Positions 39,390 through 49,860 of a stretch of DNA of 64,000 nucleotides are shown here, one piece after another. Made by a program: the position numbers and the translations under genes. Below the pieces are notes generated by a model that was given only the letters and a program-made list of their open reading frames with translations, ran no database searches and was not told where the DNA came from. Numbering within the stretch: the stretch's first letter is position 1; each line of letters opens with the position of its first letter. The stretch lies in assembly GCA_013203315.1 (NCBI GenBank), contig JABMQJ010000018.1, positions 18,899-82,898 on the forward strand, read 5' to 3'. The stretch comes from Candidatus Omnitrophota bacterium. GTDB lineage: Bacteria > Omnitrophota > Gorgyraeia > JABMRN01 > RBG-13-46-9.

Positions 39390-41593
39390 AATGTGACCTT
39401 GTTCTGGTGTCATGGAACCACCTGGAACACCTGCGCCCATGCGTAGAGCATATTGTGCGGAATACCCACTACTCTTACAGGCTTATAATAGTTGACAACG
39501 CCAGCGATTCGGAAACCATAAACTATCTTGAGGTTCTGGAAAAAAGCGCCCCTTGTGAAATCATTGTAATTAAAAACAAGGACAATCGCGGTTTTGTCAA
39601 AGCGGTGAATCAGGGGCTCAAGATTTCCACCGCACCCTATGCGTGTATTTTTAACAATGATACCCTGCCGGGAAATAGCTGGCTTACCGAAATGGTAGAA
39701 TTCGCAGAAAAAAGGCCGGACGTCGGGCTTCTGAACCCCATGTCTAGCGGCCATAACGCAAACGGCTTGACAGTGAATGAATATGCCGGGAAACTCTTAC
39801 CCAACAAGGGTAAGTACATGGAGATGAATCAGTGCCAGGGCTATTGCATGCTTGTAAAACGTGAAGTTATGGAAAAAATAGGGTATCTGGACGAACGCTT
39901 TGACACTGTGGGCTTTGATGATACGGATTATTCGATGAGGGCGCACTTGGCCGGGTATAGATCAGTTTGTGTTCACTCATCTTACGTGTTTCATAGATTG
40001 CATGCCTCGTTTAGTAAGATGGGGGATAGGAAGACAATACAATCTGTTCTCGAAAATAGGTATTTTGCAAAATGGCCCAGACACCTTCGGGTCGCAATTG
40101 CATTTTCCCTATCGAAAGATACCCGCGATATTCAAGTAGAGAATTTCCTGAATTCCGCGCTTTTTCTGGCAAGGGAATGGTGCTGGGTAAATCTCATGAT
40201 ATTCGGGGATAAAACCGCAGGAAAAAGAATAGATACGATTAGGGAAAGAATGAATTCCCCACTTCACCAAAACATAAAATTCAATTATTTAAATCCGAGA
40301 TTTAAATTTATGGAGATCGCGGTGCGTATATTGGAACGCTCTTTCGGAAGAAAGAAAAGAAAAAAGTACGATACCTTTATAAGCGATGACGCAAGGCTCT
40401 TACGCGGCGTGAAGGTTTTGTGCGGCTTGCAAAAAAGTAATGCGCTATCGCTCGATTTTCATGAATTTTCGGAAAAAAAGCTAAAAGAATCCATGAAACC
40501 TTTCAGAAAGGACGGCTTAAAAGAAAAAAATACAGGCTCCCTAAGATGCGATATTATTCTGCCTGTATGCGACGAGTATGAGTTTACGAAAAACTGCATA
40601 GATAGCATAGTTAAAAATACCGACACACCGTACAGGCTTATCATCATAAACAACGGAAATAACCCCAAAACGCGTAAACTCCTGGATGAGTTGGAAGCCG
40701 CCAAAAATGTAGAGACTAGCATTGTGCATAACGGGCGTAACATCGGATGGGTTAAAGCCCTGAACGTGGGGATTGAGATTTCCGATGCGCCTTACGTGTG
40801 TTTCCAGAACGACGATACCGTGGTAACACAGGGGTGGCTTCGAAAGATGATAGCCACGCTAAAATCCGGCGAAGATTTCGGCATGATTAACCCTACCTGG
40901 GAGGGAAGACCGCCAAGCGTTTCAATAGATAGGTACAATGCTATGCTGGAGACAAGCGCCAAGAAATTCATAAAGACGGATTGGTGCAGGGGGTTTTCGG
41001 CTCTCATGAAAAGGTCCGTAATCGAAAAGGTGGGCAAGGTGGATGAGGTTTACGGCCTGGCATATTTTGACGACGTGGATTATGCTGTCCGCGCCGCTTA
41101 TGCAGGATTTCAAATTTTACGGGCACTTGATACCTATGTTTATCATCACAGAAACGTTACATTTTTTGAAGTTTTAAAAGGAAAAAGGTGGAACGAGCTC
41201 CATGAGAAAAATAAACTTATCTACTATAAAAAATGGGGTAGGCCCCTTAAGCTTGTCATGGTTCTGGATGAAAAAACTTGCAAAGACCCCGAAAGAATAG
41301 AAAAAGCAGAAGACACAATGTTTTATTTGGCGCGAAAACAACATCATATTGATATCTGGGCTCCTCGGAGAATAAAAGGCAGGTTTGAGCACACAAACAT
41401 ACGTCTTAGGATATGCCCATGGCCGTTCCATCTTGTATGGCTTCCTTTTAATTTGCATCTGAATAAAAGAAAAAGAAACGAAAAGCGTTATAGCGCCGTG
41501 TTTAATTACAATTCCGTATCTGACAAGTTTATAAAAGAAACTGTCGATGACATGAAAGAAAAGACAAAGGAATCTATAAATGTCGAGCTGTGA
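39386..41593 (+). CDS. Tandem double GT2 glycosyltransferase (two GT2 + C-terminal-domain units)
   Basis: Start moved to ATG 39386. Two repeats of CD(L/I)...YRLII(V/I)(D/N)N...N(N/D)DT...FDD(T/V)DY. Confidence 0.88.
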   Translation: MKCDLVLVSWNHLEHLRPCVEHIVRNTHYSYRLIIVDNASDSETINYLEVLEKSAPCEIIVIKNKDNRGFVKAVNQGLKISTAPYACIFNNDTLPGNSWLTEMVEFAEKRPDVGLLNPMSSGHNANGLTVNEYAGKLLPNKGKYMEMNQCQGYCMLVKREVMEKIGYLDERFDTVGFDDTDYSMRAHLAGYRSVCVHSSYVFHRLHASFSKMGDRKTIQSVLENRYFAKWPRHLRVAIAFSLSKDTRDIQVENFLNSALFLAREWCWVNLMIFGDKTAGKRIDTIRERMNSPLHQNIKFNYLNPRFKFMEIAVRILERSFGRKKRKKYDTFISDDARLLRGVKVLCGLQKSNALSLDFHEFSEKKLKESMKPFRKDGLKEKNTGSLRCDIILPVCDEYEFTKNCIDSIVKNTDTPYRLIIINNGNNPKTRKLLDELEAAKNVETSIVHNGRNIGWVKALNVGIEISDAPYVCFQNDDTVVTQGWLRKMIATLKSGEDFGMINPTWEGRPPSVSIDRYNAMLETSAKKFIKTDWCRGFSALMKRSVIEKVGKVDEVYGLAYFDDVDYAVRAAYAGFQILRALDTYVYHHRNVTFFEVLKGKRWNELHEKNKLIYYKKWGRPLKLVMVLDEKTCKDPERIEKAEDTMFYLARKQHHIDIWAPRRIKGRFEHTNIRLRICPWPFHLVWLPFNLHLNKRKRNEKRYSAVFNYNSVSDKFIKETVDDMKEKTKESINVEL

Positions 41594-42602
41594 TATTATC
41601 ATTCCCGTTTGGAACCGGCAGGAAGACCTTAAGGCTTGCGTTGATTCAATTGAAAAAAACACGCAGTATCCGTACAGGCTTCTTATCGTTGATAATGCGA
41701 GCGACTCCGAAACAGCAGGCTATATCAATGATTTAAAAAAGGACCGGGGCGAAAATCTTCAGCTAATTAGAAACGAAGAAAACCTCGGGTTTATAAAAGC
41801 GGTGAATAAGGGTATCGCAGCTTCGCTTGCGGAGTACGTGTGCTTATTAAACAATGATACCATTGTGACTCCCGGTTGGTTGGGAGAGATGGTAGCGCTT
41901 ATGGAAAAGCGTCCCGATATCGGCATAGTAAACCCTTCGAGCAACGGCCTTGGCCAGAATCTGCCGAAAGGGGTAACACCGAATGAGTATACTTTGAGGT
42001 CGAAGAGCCAAAGCGGTCAATTTGTAGAGCTTGGAAGTGCTTTCGGGTTTTGCATGTTAATGAGGAGGAAGCTATTTGGCGAAATAGGCCTTTTTGACGA
42101 GGTTTACGGCATGGGAAACTTTGAAGATACGGATTTTTCCCTACGCGCTAAAGAAAAGGGGTATAAATCGGTGCGGGCGTTAGCCTCATACGTTTACCAT
42201 AAAGAGAGCAGTTCTTTCAAGCTCCGCAGGAGTTTCAATAAAGACTTTGAAAGAAATAAAAAGATATTTGAATCTAAATGGGGCGCCACCAAAAGAGTGG
42301 TTATCGTGTTAAAAGATGCCGATAAGCAATTTCAACGCCTCGAGGGCATGCTTCGTGAGTTCGCAAAAGATAGATCCTGGATACATGTCATTTCCCCGGT
42401 TTTCCGGACAGAGAAACTGTTTAAGAAATATTCAAATCTCTCGATCTCACACTTTAAAAACTTTTTTTACGTAAAGGCCTTCTTTAAGGTTGCGTTTAAA
42501 AAGAAAAAACCCGATATCGTATATTGTGACGACAAGACGTTCCTAAATGTTTTAAAGGTATTCAACGACGCAGATAAAAAATTAATAAATGAGGTGACCT
42601 GA
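41580..42602 (+). CDS. GT2 glycosyltransferase (paralog of the 39386 units)
   Basis: CDIIIPVWN, YRLLIVDNAS, LNNDT, FEDTDF. Confidence 0.88.
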   Translation: MSSCDIIIPVWNRQEDLKACVDSIEKNTQYPYRLLIVDNASDSETAGYINDLKKDRGENLQLIRNEENLGFIKAVNKGIAASLAEYVCLLNNDTIVTPGWLGEMVALMEKRPDIGIVNPSSNGLGQNLPKGVTPNEYTLRSKSQSGQFVELGSAFGFCMLMRRKLFGEIGLFDEVYGMGNFEDTDFSLRAKEKGYKSVRALASYVYHKESSSFKLRRSFNKDFERNKKIFESKWGATKRVVIVLKDADKQFQRLEGMLREFAKDRSWIHVISPVFRTEKLFKKYSNLSISHFKNFFYVKAFFKVAFKKKKPDIVYCDDKTFLNVLKVFNDADKKLINEVT

Positions 42603-43381
42603 TGCAGAAAGTTCCCGTAACTGTTGCAGTAATAACCAAAAACGAGGAAAGCAAAATTGCGAAGTGTCTTGAAAGCCTTAAGTGGGCAGATGAAATTGTC
42701 GTTGTTGATGACGAGAGCCGCGACAAGACAGTAGAAATAGCCAAACGCTATACGGATAGGGTAGTGACAAAAAAGATGGAAGTCGAGGGAAAACACAGGA
42801 ATTACGCCTATTCATTGGCAAGAAATAACTGGGTTCTGAGCCTGGACGCGGACGAGGTTGTGTCAGACGGGCTCGAGGCGGAACTTCGGGAATTATTTAA
42901 AACGGAGCCAAAAGACGCGGCTATCACTATACCCATCAAGACTTTTATCGGAGATTATTGGATAAGATATGGTGGCTGGTATCCTGCGTCCAAGGTAAGG
43001 CTGTTCCGAAAGGATAAATTTAAGTATGAAGAGGTCGAGGTGCATCCGCGGGTATTCATTGACGGTTCATGCGGCCACCTCAAAAAAGATATTGTTCATT
43101 ATTCATATCGAGACTTTCATGACTTTTTCACAAGCCTGAACAATCAAACAACGCAGGAAGCGAAAAAATGGTTTAACGAAAAGCGAAAAATAGGTTTTCT
43201 TAAAATGATGCGCAAGTTCTACGACAGATTTTTCAGGAGTTATTTTAGGAAAAAGGGTTATAAGGACGGACTCATAGGTTTTACGGTAGCTTACGGAAAT
43301 TCACTCTATCAGCTTATGAGTTATGTTAAGTATCAATTCATGTTACGCGAGGAGCGAGGAAAATGCGAAAAGCAAAAATAA
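42602..43381 (+). CDS. GT2 LPS core glycosyltransferase (KdtX/WaaE-like)
   Basis: ITKNEE, WADEIVVVD, WVLSLDADE, GGWYP, KGYKDGLIG. Confidence 0.85.
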   Translation: MQKVPVTVAVITKNEESKIAKCLESLKWADEIVVVDDESRDKTVEIAKRYTDRVVTKKMEVEGKHRNYAYSLARNNWVLSLDADEVVSDGLEAELRELFKTEPKDAAITIPIKTFIGDYWIRYGGWYPASKVRLFRKDKFKYEEVEVHPRVFIDGSCGHLKKDIVHYSYRDFHDFFTSLNNQTTQEAKKWFNEKRKIGFLKMMRKFYDRFFRSYFRKKGYKDGLIGFTVAYGNSLYQLMSYVKYQFMLREERGKCEKQK

Positions 43382-44142
43382 CAGCAGGTATAATAACAAA
43401 AAACGAGGAAAAAAATATCGCCGAGTGTATTAACCGCATCAAGGGCTGGGCAGACGAGATAATCGTAGTTGACGGATATAGCGAAGATAAAACTGTCCCC
43501 ATAGCCCAAGATTTGGGCGCCAAGGTTATAATGCACCGCTTCGAGGGCGATTTTTCAAAAGAAAGAAATGCTGTTATTGATAATGCAAAAGGCGAATGGG
43601 TGCTCCATCTGGACGCAGATGACCGCGTTACTTCTGAGTTTAAAAAGCATGTAGATGAGGTTATTGATACCGACAAGAGCGTGGATATCTATAAGTTCAA
43701 AAGAAAAAGTTTCTTTCTCGGGCATTTCATGGAAACAGGAGGATGGTACCACTACATACCGAACCTTGTGAAGCGCACGAGCGGAAGGTTTGAAGGCGTT
43801 TTACACGAAAAAGCAGTATGCCCCGGTAAGGTCGGCGTGATCGAAGCTGATATCGAGCACCACCCCTTCCAGAACATCACGCAGTTTATGGAAAGACATA
43901 ACCGCTATACGTCCATAGTGGCCAAGAAAATGTTTACCGATTTCGGAAATTCTAAATTAAATGAAGTAAAGAAGAATGCCATAAGGAAAACATTTAAAAT
44001 TTTCTGGAAAATGTATGTAAAGAAAAAGGGATACAAAGGGGGCATGCACGGCCTCATTTTTTCGATACTTTTCGCATTTAATAATTTTCTCTCGTGGATT
44101 AAATACTGGGAATTGTGCCAGGAATACAAAGGAGGAGCGTGA
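43363..44142 (+). CDS. GT2 LPS core glycosyltransferase (KdtX/WaaE-like), tandem paralog
   Basis: ITKNEE, WADEIIVVD, WVLHLDADD, GGWY, LHE, KGYKGGMHG. Confidence 0.85.
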   Translation: MRKAKITAGIITKNEEKNIAECINRIKGWADEIIVVDGYSEDKTVPIAQDLGAKVIMHRFEGDFSKERNAVIDNAKGEWVLHLDADDRVTSEFKKHVDEVIDTDKSVDIYKFKRKSFFLGHFMETGGWYHYIPNLVKRTSGRFEGVLHEKAVCPGKVGVIEADIEHHPFQNITQFMERHNRYTSIVAKKMFTDFGNSKLNEVKKNAIRKTFKIFWKMYVKKKGYKGGMHGLIFSILFAFNNFLSWIKYWELCQEYKGGA

Positions 44143-44143
44143 C

Positions 44144-45256
44144 GTGAAAAAGATACTAGTAACTGGAGGGGCCGGATTTATAGGCTCGCACTTGGTTGAC
44201 AGATTGGTAAAAGACGGTGAAGACGTTGTCGTTTTGGATAATTTTGAACCTCAGGTTCACCAGGGTAAAAAACCCGATTATCTAAATAAGAACGCTCGTT
44301 ACGTCGATGGAGACATAAGGAATGAAAAGGCTCTGAAGGAGTCACTGGTCGGCGTCGACTCCGTATATCACCTCGCGGCCAAGGTAGGCGTTGGGCAGTC
44401 CATGTATGAAATAAAAGATTACGTTGACGGGAATACACTGGGGACAGCCTCTCTTTGGGATTACATCATAAACAAAAAAGCAAACATAAAGAAGTTTGTT
44501 GTTGCCAGCTCCATGTCCATTTACGGCGAAGGCGCGTATAAATGCGCCAAGTGCGGTGTGGCATTTCCGCATTTAAGAAATGAAGCCGACTTAAAGAAAA
44601 AAAACTGGGAACCTTTTTGCCCGGATTGCGGCGCACCCCTTGCGTCAGTTCCTACAGGTGAAGACAAAAAGCTGCTCGCCACTTCCGTATATGCCATTAC
44701 AAAAAAAGACCAGGAAGAGCTTTCGCTTAATATCGGTGAAAGTTATAAGATTCCGACCGTAGCCCTACGGTTTTTCAACGTATATGGCCCCAGGCAGTCT
44801 CTCTCCAATCCCTACACCGGGGCGTGCGCAATATTTTCCTCCAGGGTTAAGAACGATAACCCGCCGATTATTTATGAGGATGGCCTACAAACAAGGGATT
44901 TTGTGGATGTCAGAGACATCGTAGAGGCATGCGTCTTAGCCATGAAAAGCGAAAAAGCCGACTATGGCAATTTTAACGTTGGTACGGGCCGGGCAATGAC
45001 GATAAAAAAAGTGGCCGAGACGTTAATTGATTTATACGGTAAGGATATAAAGCCTGAAATTACAAATCAATACCGCGTGGGTGACATAAGGCACTGCTAC
45101 GCGGGCATAGAAAAAATAAAGGCAATCGGATTCGAGCCCAAGATAGACATCAAGTCCGGCTTAAAAAATTTAGTAGAATGGGGTAAAGTTGCGAAGGCAG
45201 TTGATAAAAGCGCCCAGGCGCACGAGGAACTAAAAAAGCGCCGTCTCACTTTATAG
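44144..45256 (+). CDS. NAD-dependent epimerase/dehydratase with CxxC...CxxC insertion
   Basis: GTG start with GGAGG RBS. TGGAGFIG, SSMSIYGEG, CAKC...CPDC, YAITK, RFFNVYG. Confidence 0.88.
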   Translation: MKKILVTGGAGFIGSHLVDRLVKDGEDVVVLDNFEPQVHQGKKPDYLNKNARYVDGDIRNEKALKESLVGVDSVYHLAAKVGVGQSMYEIKDYVDGNTLGTASLWDYIINKKANIKKFVVASSMSIYGEGAYKCAKCGVAFPHLRNEADLKKKNWEPFCPDCGAPLASVPTGEDKKLLATSVYAITKKDQEELSLNIGESYKIPTVALRFFNVYGPRQSLSNPYTGACAIFSSRVKNDNPPIIYEDGLQTRDFVDVRDIVEACVLAMKSEKADYGNFNVGTGRAMTIKKVAETLIDLYGKDIKPEITNQYRVGDIRHCYAGIEKIKAIGFEPKIDIKSGLKNLVEWGKVAKAVDKSAQAHEELKKRRLTL

Positions 45257-45262
45257 AAATCC

Positions 45263-47380
45263 ATGATTAAATCCTTAAAAAAAGAAGCGCTAGTCGTTAT
45301 GCTGGGTAGTTTTGCCGTAACGGTTAAAGCGCTTCTTTTTTTTAAAAGTTTTCTACATTTCGAGCTTGGTGATGATTACGGCATAGTAAGCTGGGTAACG
45401 ATAAATAACTATCCCATGCAGTCTCACGTCTATTACTATGCGCTCTCATTTATAGCGGCGGCTTTGGGAGCGCTCATCTTTTACCTCTTTTGGAATTTTA
45501 CGGGCATTATAATGGCTAAGATTTCAAAACTTTCCGCACGCGACGCATTAAAAATAGATGCTGCTACTTATGTGTTCGGTATCATAGGACTCCTTATCTT
45601 TTTTATAGACAAGGACCTTTTTCTTAAAACACTCACTTCTTTCATTACCCTTATTTTTGTGTCTAAACTTTTTGCTGTTCCATGTTATAGATTCTTTGTG
45701 AGAAATAAGGTGATAGACAATACCCGAGATGCGTTTTATGCGATTATAAAGAGACTAAAGAGAAGGCGGAAAATTATAAAAAGACAAAAGGCGTCAGTTT
45801 TCCTACAGAAACTTTTTATCTATGCCATAATACCGGTTATAATTTATTTCCTTTTTTACAAGCCTGGCTTAAACAGGCCCCTTGACTTTGTGCACGAAGG
45901 GGATCTTTTGGCGCCGTATCAGGCGATAGAAGCCGGAGGGGTTCCGTATAGAGATTTTCACATTCCGCATGGTATTATACACGATGTCTGGCTGCCTTAC
46001 GTAGGGCTTAAGCTCTTTGGCGCTACTCTCGAAGGTTTTAGAAGGTTTTACGATTTTGCAGAATGCGGGCTTATAGCGCCTTTCGGGTATATTGCTTTTT
46101 ATTTTCTTTGCCTTTCATTATTCCGAAGAAAGCTTACTATTTTTCTCACGTTTTTATTTTTTACCAGCGCAACCGGTATCGCGACCCTGGCAGGCCGCCA
46201 GCTTTTCCCGATCATGGCCCTTACATTTCTGGTTTCCTTTATCGATAAAAATAAGTCCTGGAAACTCTTTGCCTCAGGAATCTCGGTAGCGATAGCCATC
46301 ATGTTTTCCATAGACTTAGGGATGCTCTCACTTGCCGCAATAACGCTTTTTCTTATTTTTTATTTCTTTGCGATGTATTTCAAGCCAAAGAGCTATAGCA
46401 TAAAGTATTTTTTCACCTTCGCGGGAGGCGTTGCAGCAGGGATTTTGCCTCTCATGCTTTATCTTGCCAAGACGGGCGGCCTCAGGCAGTACTTCGATAT
46501 TATAGTCAGTAATTCGATGAAGCTTTACTTCGTGATTTGTGGGTCTCCTTTCGGGGCTTACCATGAAGAAAAATATTTTCCTATCATCGTATACCTTATA
46601 GTCACGGTGTGGCTGGTGCGGGACATTGTCTTTAGGAATTTTACAAAAACAAATCTTAAAGCTACGGCTTTGCTTATAGCGGGGGTATTCTATTTCTATA
46701 CGGCACTCCTAAAACCCGACGGTCCACACATCATATTTGCGACCTTCCCGGTGTATCTACTTGTGTTTATACCGGTTGAATCATTTTTTCTCTACATGGG
46801 CCGAATTACGACTTGCGACAAAAAGAAACTGTGGCGCCGCGATTTTGGCAATATAGTTATCGCTTTTCTTTGTATTGTAGCGATTTTGGGGTGGGCAATA
46901 GGAAGATTCTCACCCAAACACGTAATAGAGAAGTTCGCCGAGAGAATCCAGGCGCGCAACGTCATCCCGGAAGGATACGTGCGGATTGGCATCGAACGGG
47001 CGGGCAATATCTACGTGCCGAAACCGCAAGCAGAAAAGGTACGCGCTATTGTGGAGTTTATACAAGATAACACAGAAGACGGTGACTATATATATGACTT
47101 TAGCAGCCAACCGCTCTATTATTTTTTGACAAACAGGAATAATCCAACCCGATACGCTTTTTTGCATTACTCCAGTACGCCGGGTCAGCAAGCGGAAGTT
47201 ATCAAAGACCTTAAAGAGAATAGGCCTCAATATGTTCTTTTCGAAAATTCCGAATACGGTGGTATAGAATTTAAAAAAAGGTGTTATATAATCTGGCCGT
47301 ACATAGACACAAATTATGAACCTGTTTTTGAAAAAGACGGCTTTTATATCCTAAAGATTAAGGAGGGAGTGAACTTATGA
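45263..47380 (+). CDS. GT-C-type polytopic membrane glycosyltransferase with N-terminal membrane extension
   Basis: HEG...PYRDF loop after about 200 aa of extra TM segments; C-terminal soluble domain FIQDNT...YYFLTNR. Confidence 0.6.
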   Translation: MIKSLKKEALVVMLGSFAVTVKALLFFKSFLHFELGDDYGIVSWVTINNYPMQSHVYYYALSFIAAALGALIFYLFWNFTGIIMAKISKLSARDALKIDAATYVFGIIGLLIFFIDKDLFLKTLTSFITLIFVSKLFAVPCYRFFVRNKVIDNTRDAFYAIIKRLKRRRKIIKRQKASVFLQKLFIYAIIPVIIYFLFYKPGLNRPLDFVHEGDLLAPYQAIEAGGVPYRDFHIPHGIIHDVWLPYVGLKLFGATLEGFRRFYDFAECGLIAPFGYIAFYFLCLSLFRRKLTIFLTFLFFTSATGIATLAGRQLFPIMALTFLVSFIDKNKSWKLFASGISVAIAIMFSIDLGMLSLAAITLFLIFYFFAMYFKPKSYSIKYFFTFAGGVAAGILPLMLYLAKTGGLRQYFDIIVSNSMKLYFVICGSPFGAYHEEKYFPIIVYLIVTVWLVRDIVFRNFTKTNLKATALLIAGVFYFYTALLKPDGPHIIFATFPVYLLVFIPVESFFLYMGRITTCDKKKLWRRDFGNIVIAFLCIVAILGWAIGRFSPKHVIEKFAERIQARNVIPEGYVRIGIERAGNIYVPKPQAEKVRAIVEFIQDNTEDGDYIYDFSSQPLYYFLTNRNNPTRYAFLHYSSTPGQQAEVIKDLKENRPQYVLFENSEYGGIEFKKRCYIIWPYIDTNYEPVFEKDGFYILKIKEGVNL

Positions 47381-48072
47381 ATGCAGAGTGCTTATCAATC
47401 GTCATGCCTGTTTATAACGAAAAAAATACGGTTTTGGAGATTGTAAATAAGGTATTAAAGCTCGAGAGTTTAAAAGAGCTCATAATTGTCGATGACGGCT
47501 CTACGGATGGCACGAAAGAACTTATACAAAAAACCGAGTTCGACCCAAAAGTGCAAAAAGTCTTTCATGAAAAAAATACGGGCAAAGGAGCCTGTTTACG
47601 AACAGGGTTTGAAAGGGCCGAAGGAGAGATCGTAGGCATACAGGACTCGGACTTAGAATACGACCCTAATGAATTCTCCGAACTTATAGCCCCGATTCAA
47701 AAAGGCGTTGCCGATGTGGTGTATGGCTCCAGGCTCTGGGGCGGAAAACCCCAACGCGCGCATATGTTCTGGCACTTGGTAGGGAATAGGTTTTTAACCC
47801 TGGTTGCCGATGTGCTTTACAATACCACGCTCACTGACATCGAAACCTGTTATAAGGTTTTTAGACGGGACGTATTAAAGGAAATCCGCATCGAGTCCAA
47901 CGGCTTCTCGGTTGAACCGGAACTCACGGCTAAAATCCTAAAAAAGAAACTTAAGGTCTATGAAATGCCTATTTCCTATTATGGCAGAACCTATGAAGAA
48001 GGGAAGAAGATAAGCTGGAAGCACGGTTTTAGCGCGTTATGGACGCTTATAAAATATAGATTTGTCGATTAA
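47377..48072 (+). CDS. GT2 polyprenol-phosphate sugar synthase (DPM1-like)
   Basis: PVYNE, VDDGSTDGT, GKG, QDSDLEYDP, YGSR, DIETCYK, EGKKISW. Confidence 0.9.
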   Translation: MNAECLSIVMPVYNEKNTVLEIVNKVLKLESLKELIIVDDGSTDGTKELIQKTEFDPKVQKVFHEKNTGKGACLRTGFERAEGEIVGIQDSDLEYDPNEFSELIAPIQKGVADVVYGSRLWGGKPQRAHMFWHLVGNRFLTLVADVLYNTTLTDIETCYKVFRRDVLKEIRIESNGFSVEPELTAKILKKKLKVYEMPISYYGRTYEEGKKISWKHGFSALWTLIKYRFVD

Positions 48073-48073
48073 T

Positions 48074-48466
48074 ATGAAGAAACTCACTCTTATAGCCATT
48101 ATAGCCTGGATAGCGATCTGGGCAAATTTTGTTGCAAGAGACTTGTTTGTAAAAGGATATTTTAAGGAGTACAAAACCCTTGCCTTACAAGATAGCCGCG
48201 GCAAGGCGTCTTTTACGTATGGTAAACGGTTATTTGATTTCTTAAATTTTTGCAAAGAAAGCTTACCTCAATCCGCAGATTACGATTTTGTAGGTATAAA
48301 GGAACCTTCGATAGCGGGCCGCCGCGCTATTTATTATTTGTACCCGCACGTTAAAAAACGTAATGCCAGATTCTTACTAGTTTTTGAAAAATCGGGGTTA
48401 GAAAAAAAAGGCTATAAATTATTTAAAAAACTGGATGACTCCAGGTTCATACTTAAACGGATGTAA
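48074..48466 (+). CDS. Small membrane-anchored protein, YYLYP family (copy 1)
   Basis: ATG 48074 preferred over TTG 48062. One N-terminal TM helix, RRAIYYLYP; paralog of 56397-56786. Confidence 0.7.
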   Translation: MKKLTLIAIIAWIAIWANFVARDLFVKGYFKEYKTLALQDSRGKASFTYGKRLFDFLNFCKESLPQSADYDFVGIKEPSIAGRRAIYYLYPHVKKRNARFLLVFEKSGLEKKGYKLFKKLDDSRFILKRM

Positions 48467-49860
48467 TGATAATGGGATTTTTAAGTACAATTCTTTTCAT
48501 AGTCGTAACGACTTTTGCGGGATTTAACGTAATAATTCTTTTTGACAGGCAGGGTGTGCTTACCATGCTTGAGAAAATAGGGCTTTCCTATTTATTCGGC
48601 ATCGGGGCCATATCCCTGGAGCTTTTTTTCCTGTGGATTTTCGGAATCAAGCTTAACATGCTATTCATTCTCTTGCCCTGGCTATTTCTGATAGTATTAA
48701 ACGTGTTAACCCGTTCGATTGGAAACGTTTTTTCACCGGCCAAACGCAGTGTCGATACGGAGAACACCCCAATTAGCATCTTCGAAAAATGGATACTTTC
48801 GCTATTATCCTTCGAAGTCCTTTATACATTTTTTAGAAGCCTAATGCGCCCCGTAGAGGCTTACGACAGCGTTGCGATATGGTCGCTGAAGGGAAAGATT
48901 CTCTATCTTACGAAAACTCTACCCGGTGAATTTTTTAATATGCTAAGTGCGACTTTCCACGGCGTACATCCCGATTACCCGCTTCTTGTGCCTTTTTCAG
49001 AAGCTTGGTTCTATACGCTTTTTAATAATTTTAATGATTACCTGGTGAAAATTATTTTTCCGCTGAATTTTACGGCATTTTTACTTGTTTTTTATTCGGT
49101 TTTAAGAAGGGTAACGCATAAAAGAAACCTCGCACTATTTTTTACATTTGCATTAGCTTCCGTGAAACAATTTAACGATTATGCCACGATCGGGGTCGCT
49201 GACCTGCAAACGGCAATTTACGCGTTCCTGGCATTCGGATTTTTGTTTATATGGGCAAGAGAAAAAAACACCGTGTATCTTTTTATAAGCGGCCTCTCTT
49301 GCGTATTTGCCTTTTTTACAAAGAACGAGGGAAGTGTTGTTCTTTTGACAATGGTGGGCATGCTTCTTGCCTTCGCTGTCAGGCCGTTTTTCGGAAAGAA
49401 GCTTTCGCTGAATAGCAGAGCTATAATTTTTGCAATTTTTACCCTATCCGCCTTATTGCTTGGCTGGTCATTGTTTAAGGCCGGCATGCACCTTGAGAAC
49501 GATGTTATTAATGCGGAAACTTTTCGGAATATTAGGCTTGTTACTATGTCAAAAAGATTGATACCGATAGCTTACGAATACCAAAAACATATATTCGGTT
49601 TTAAAAAGTGGAATTTAATATGGATAGCTTTTCTATGCGCGATTTTTGTAAAATCACCGAAATTATCGTTTGGAAGACATAAGCTTATACTTTTCCCTAC
49701 ACTGGCTATTTTGGCAGGGTACACGGTCATTTATTTAATAACACCGCAGAGCATAAGCTGGCACTTAGCAGCATCGGCAAGCCGTCTTCTCATTCACATT
49801 CTTCCGCTTGCCGTATTTTTTGTAGCACTTAGAATAAACGACTTATATTATGAAAAATAG
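48466..49860 (+). CDS. GT-C-type polytopic membrane protein (copy 1 of paired module)
   Basis: YDSVAIW..KGK, HPDYP, FTKNEG; many TM segments; no soluble C-terminal domain. Confidence 0.65.
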   Translation: MIMGFLSTILFIVVTTFAGFNVIILFDRQGVLTMLEKIGLSYLFGIGAISLELFFLWIFGIKLNMLFILLPWLFLIVLNVLTRSIGNVFSPAKRSVDTENTPISIFEKWILSLLSFEVLYTFFRSLMRPVEAYDSVAIWSLKGKILYLTKTLPGEFFNMLSATFHGVHPDYPLLVPFSEAWFYTLFNNFNDYLVKIIFPLNFTAFLLVFYSVLRRVTHKRNLALFFTFALASVKQFNDYATIGVADLQTAIYAFLAFGFLFIWAREKNTVYLFISGLSCVFAFFTKNEGSVVLLTMVGMLLAFAVRPFFGKKLSLNSRAIIFAIFTLSALLLGWSLFKAGMHLENDVINAETFRNIRLVTMSKRLIPIAYEYQKHIFGFKKWNLIWIAFLCAIFVKSPKLSFGRHKLILFPTLAILAGYTVIYLITPQSISWHLAASASRLLIHILPLAVFFVALRINDLYYEK

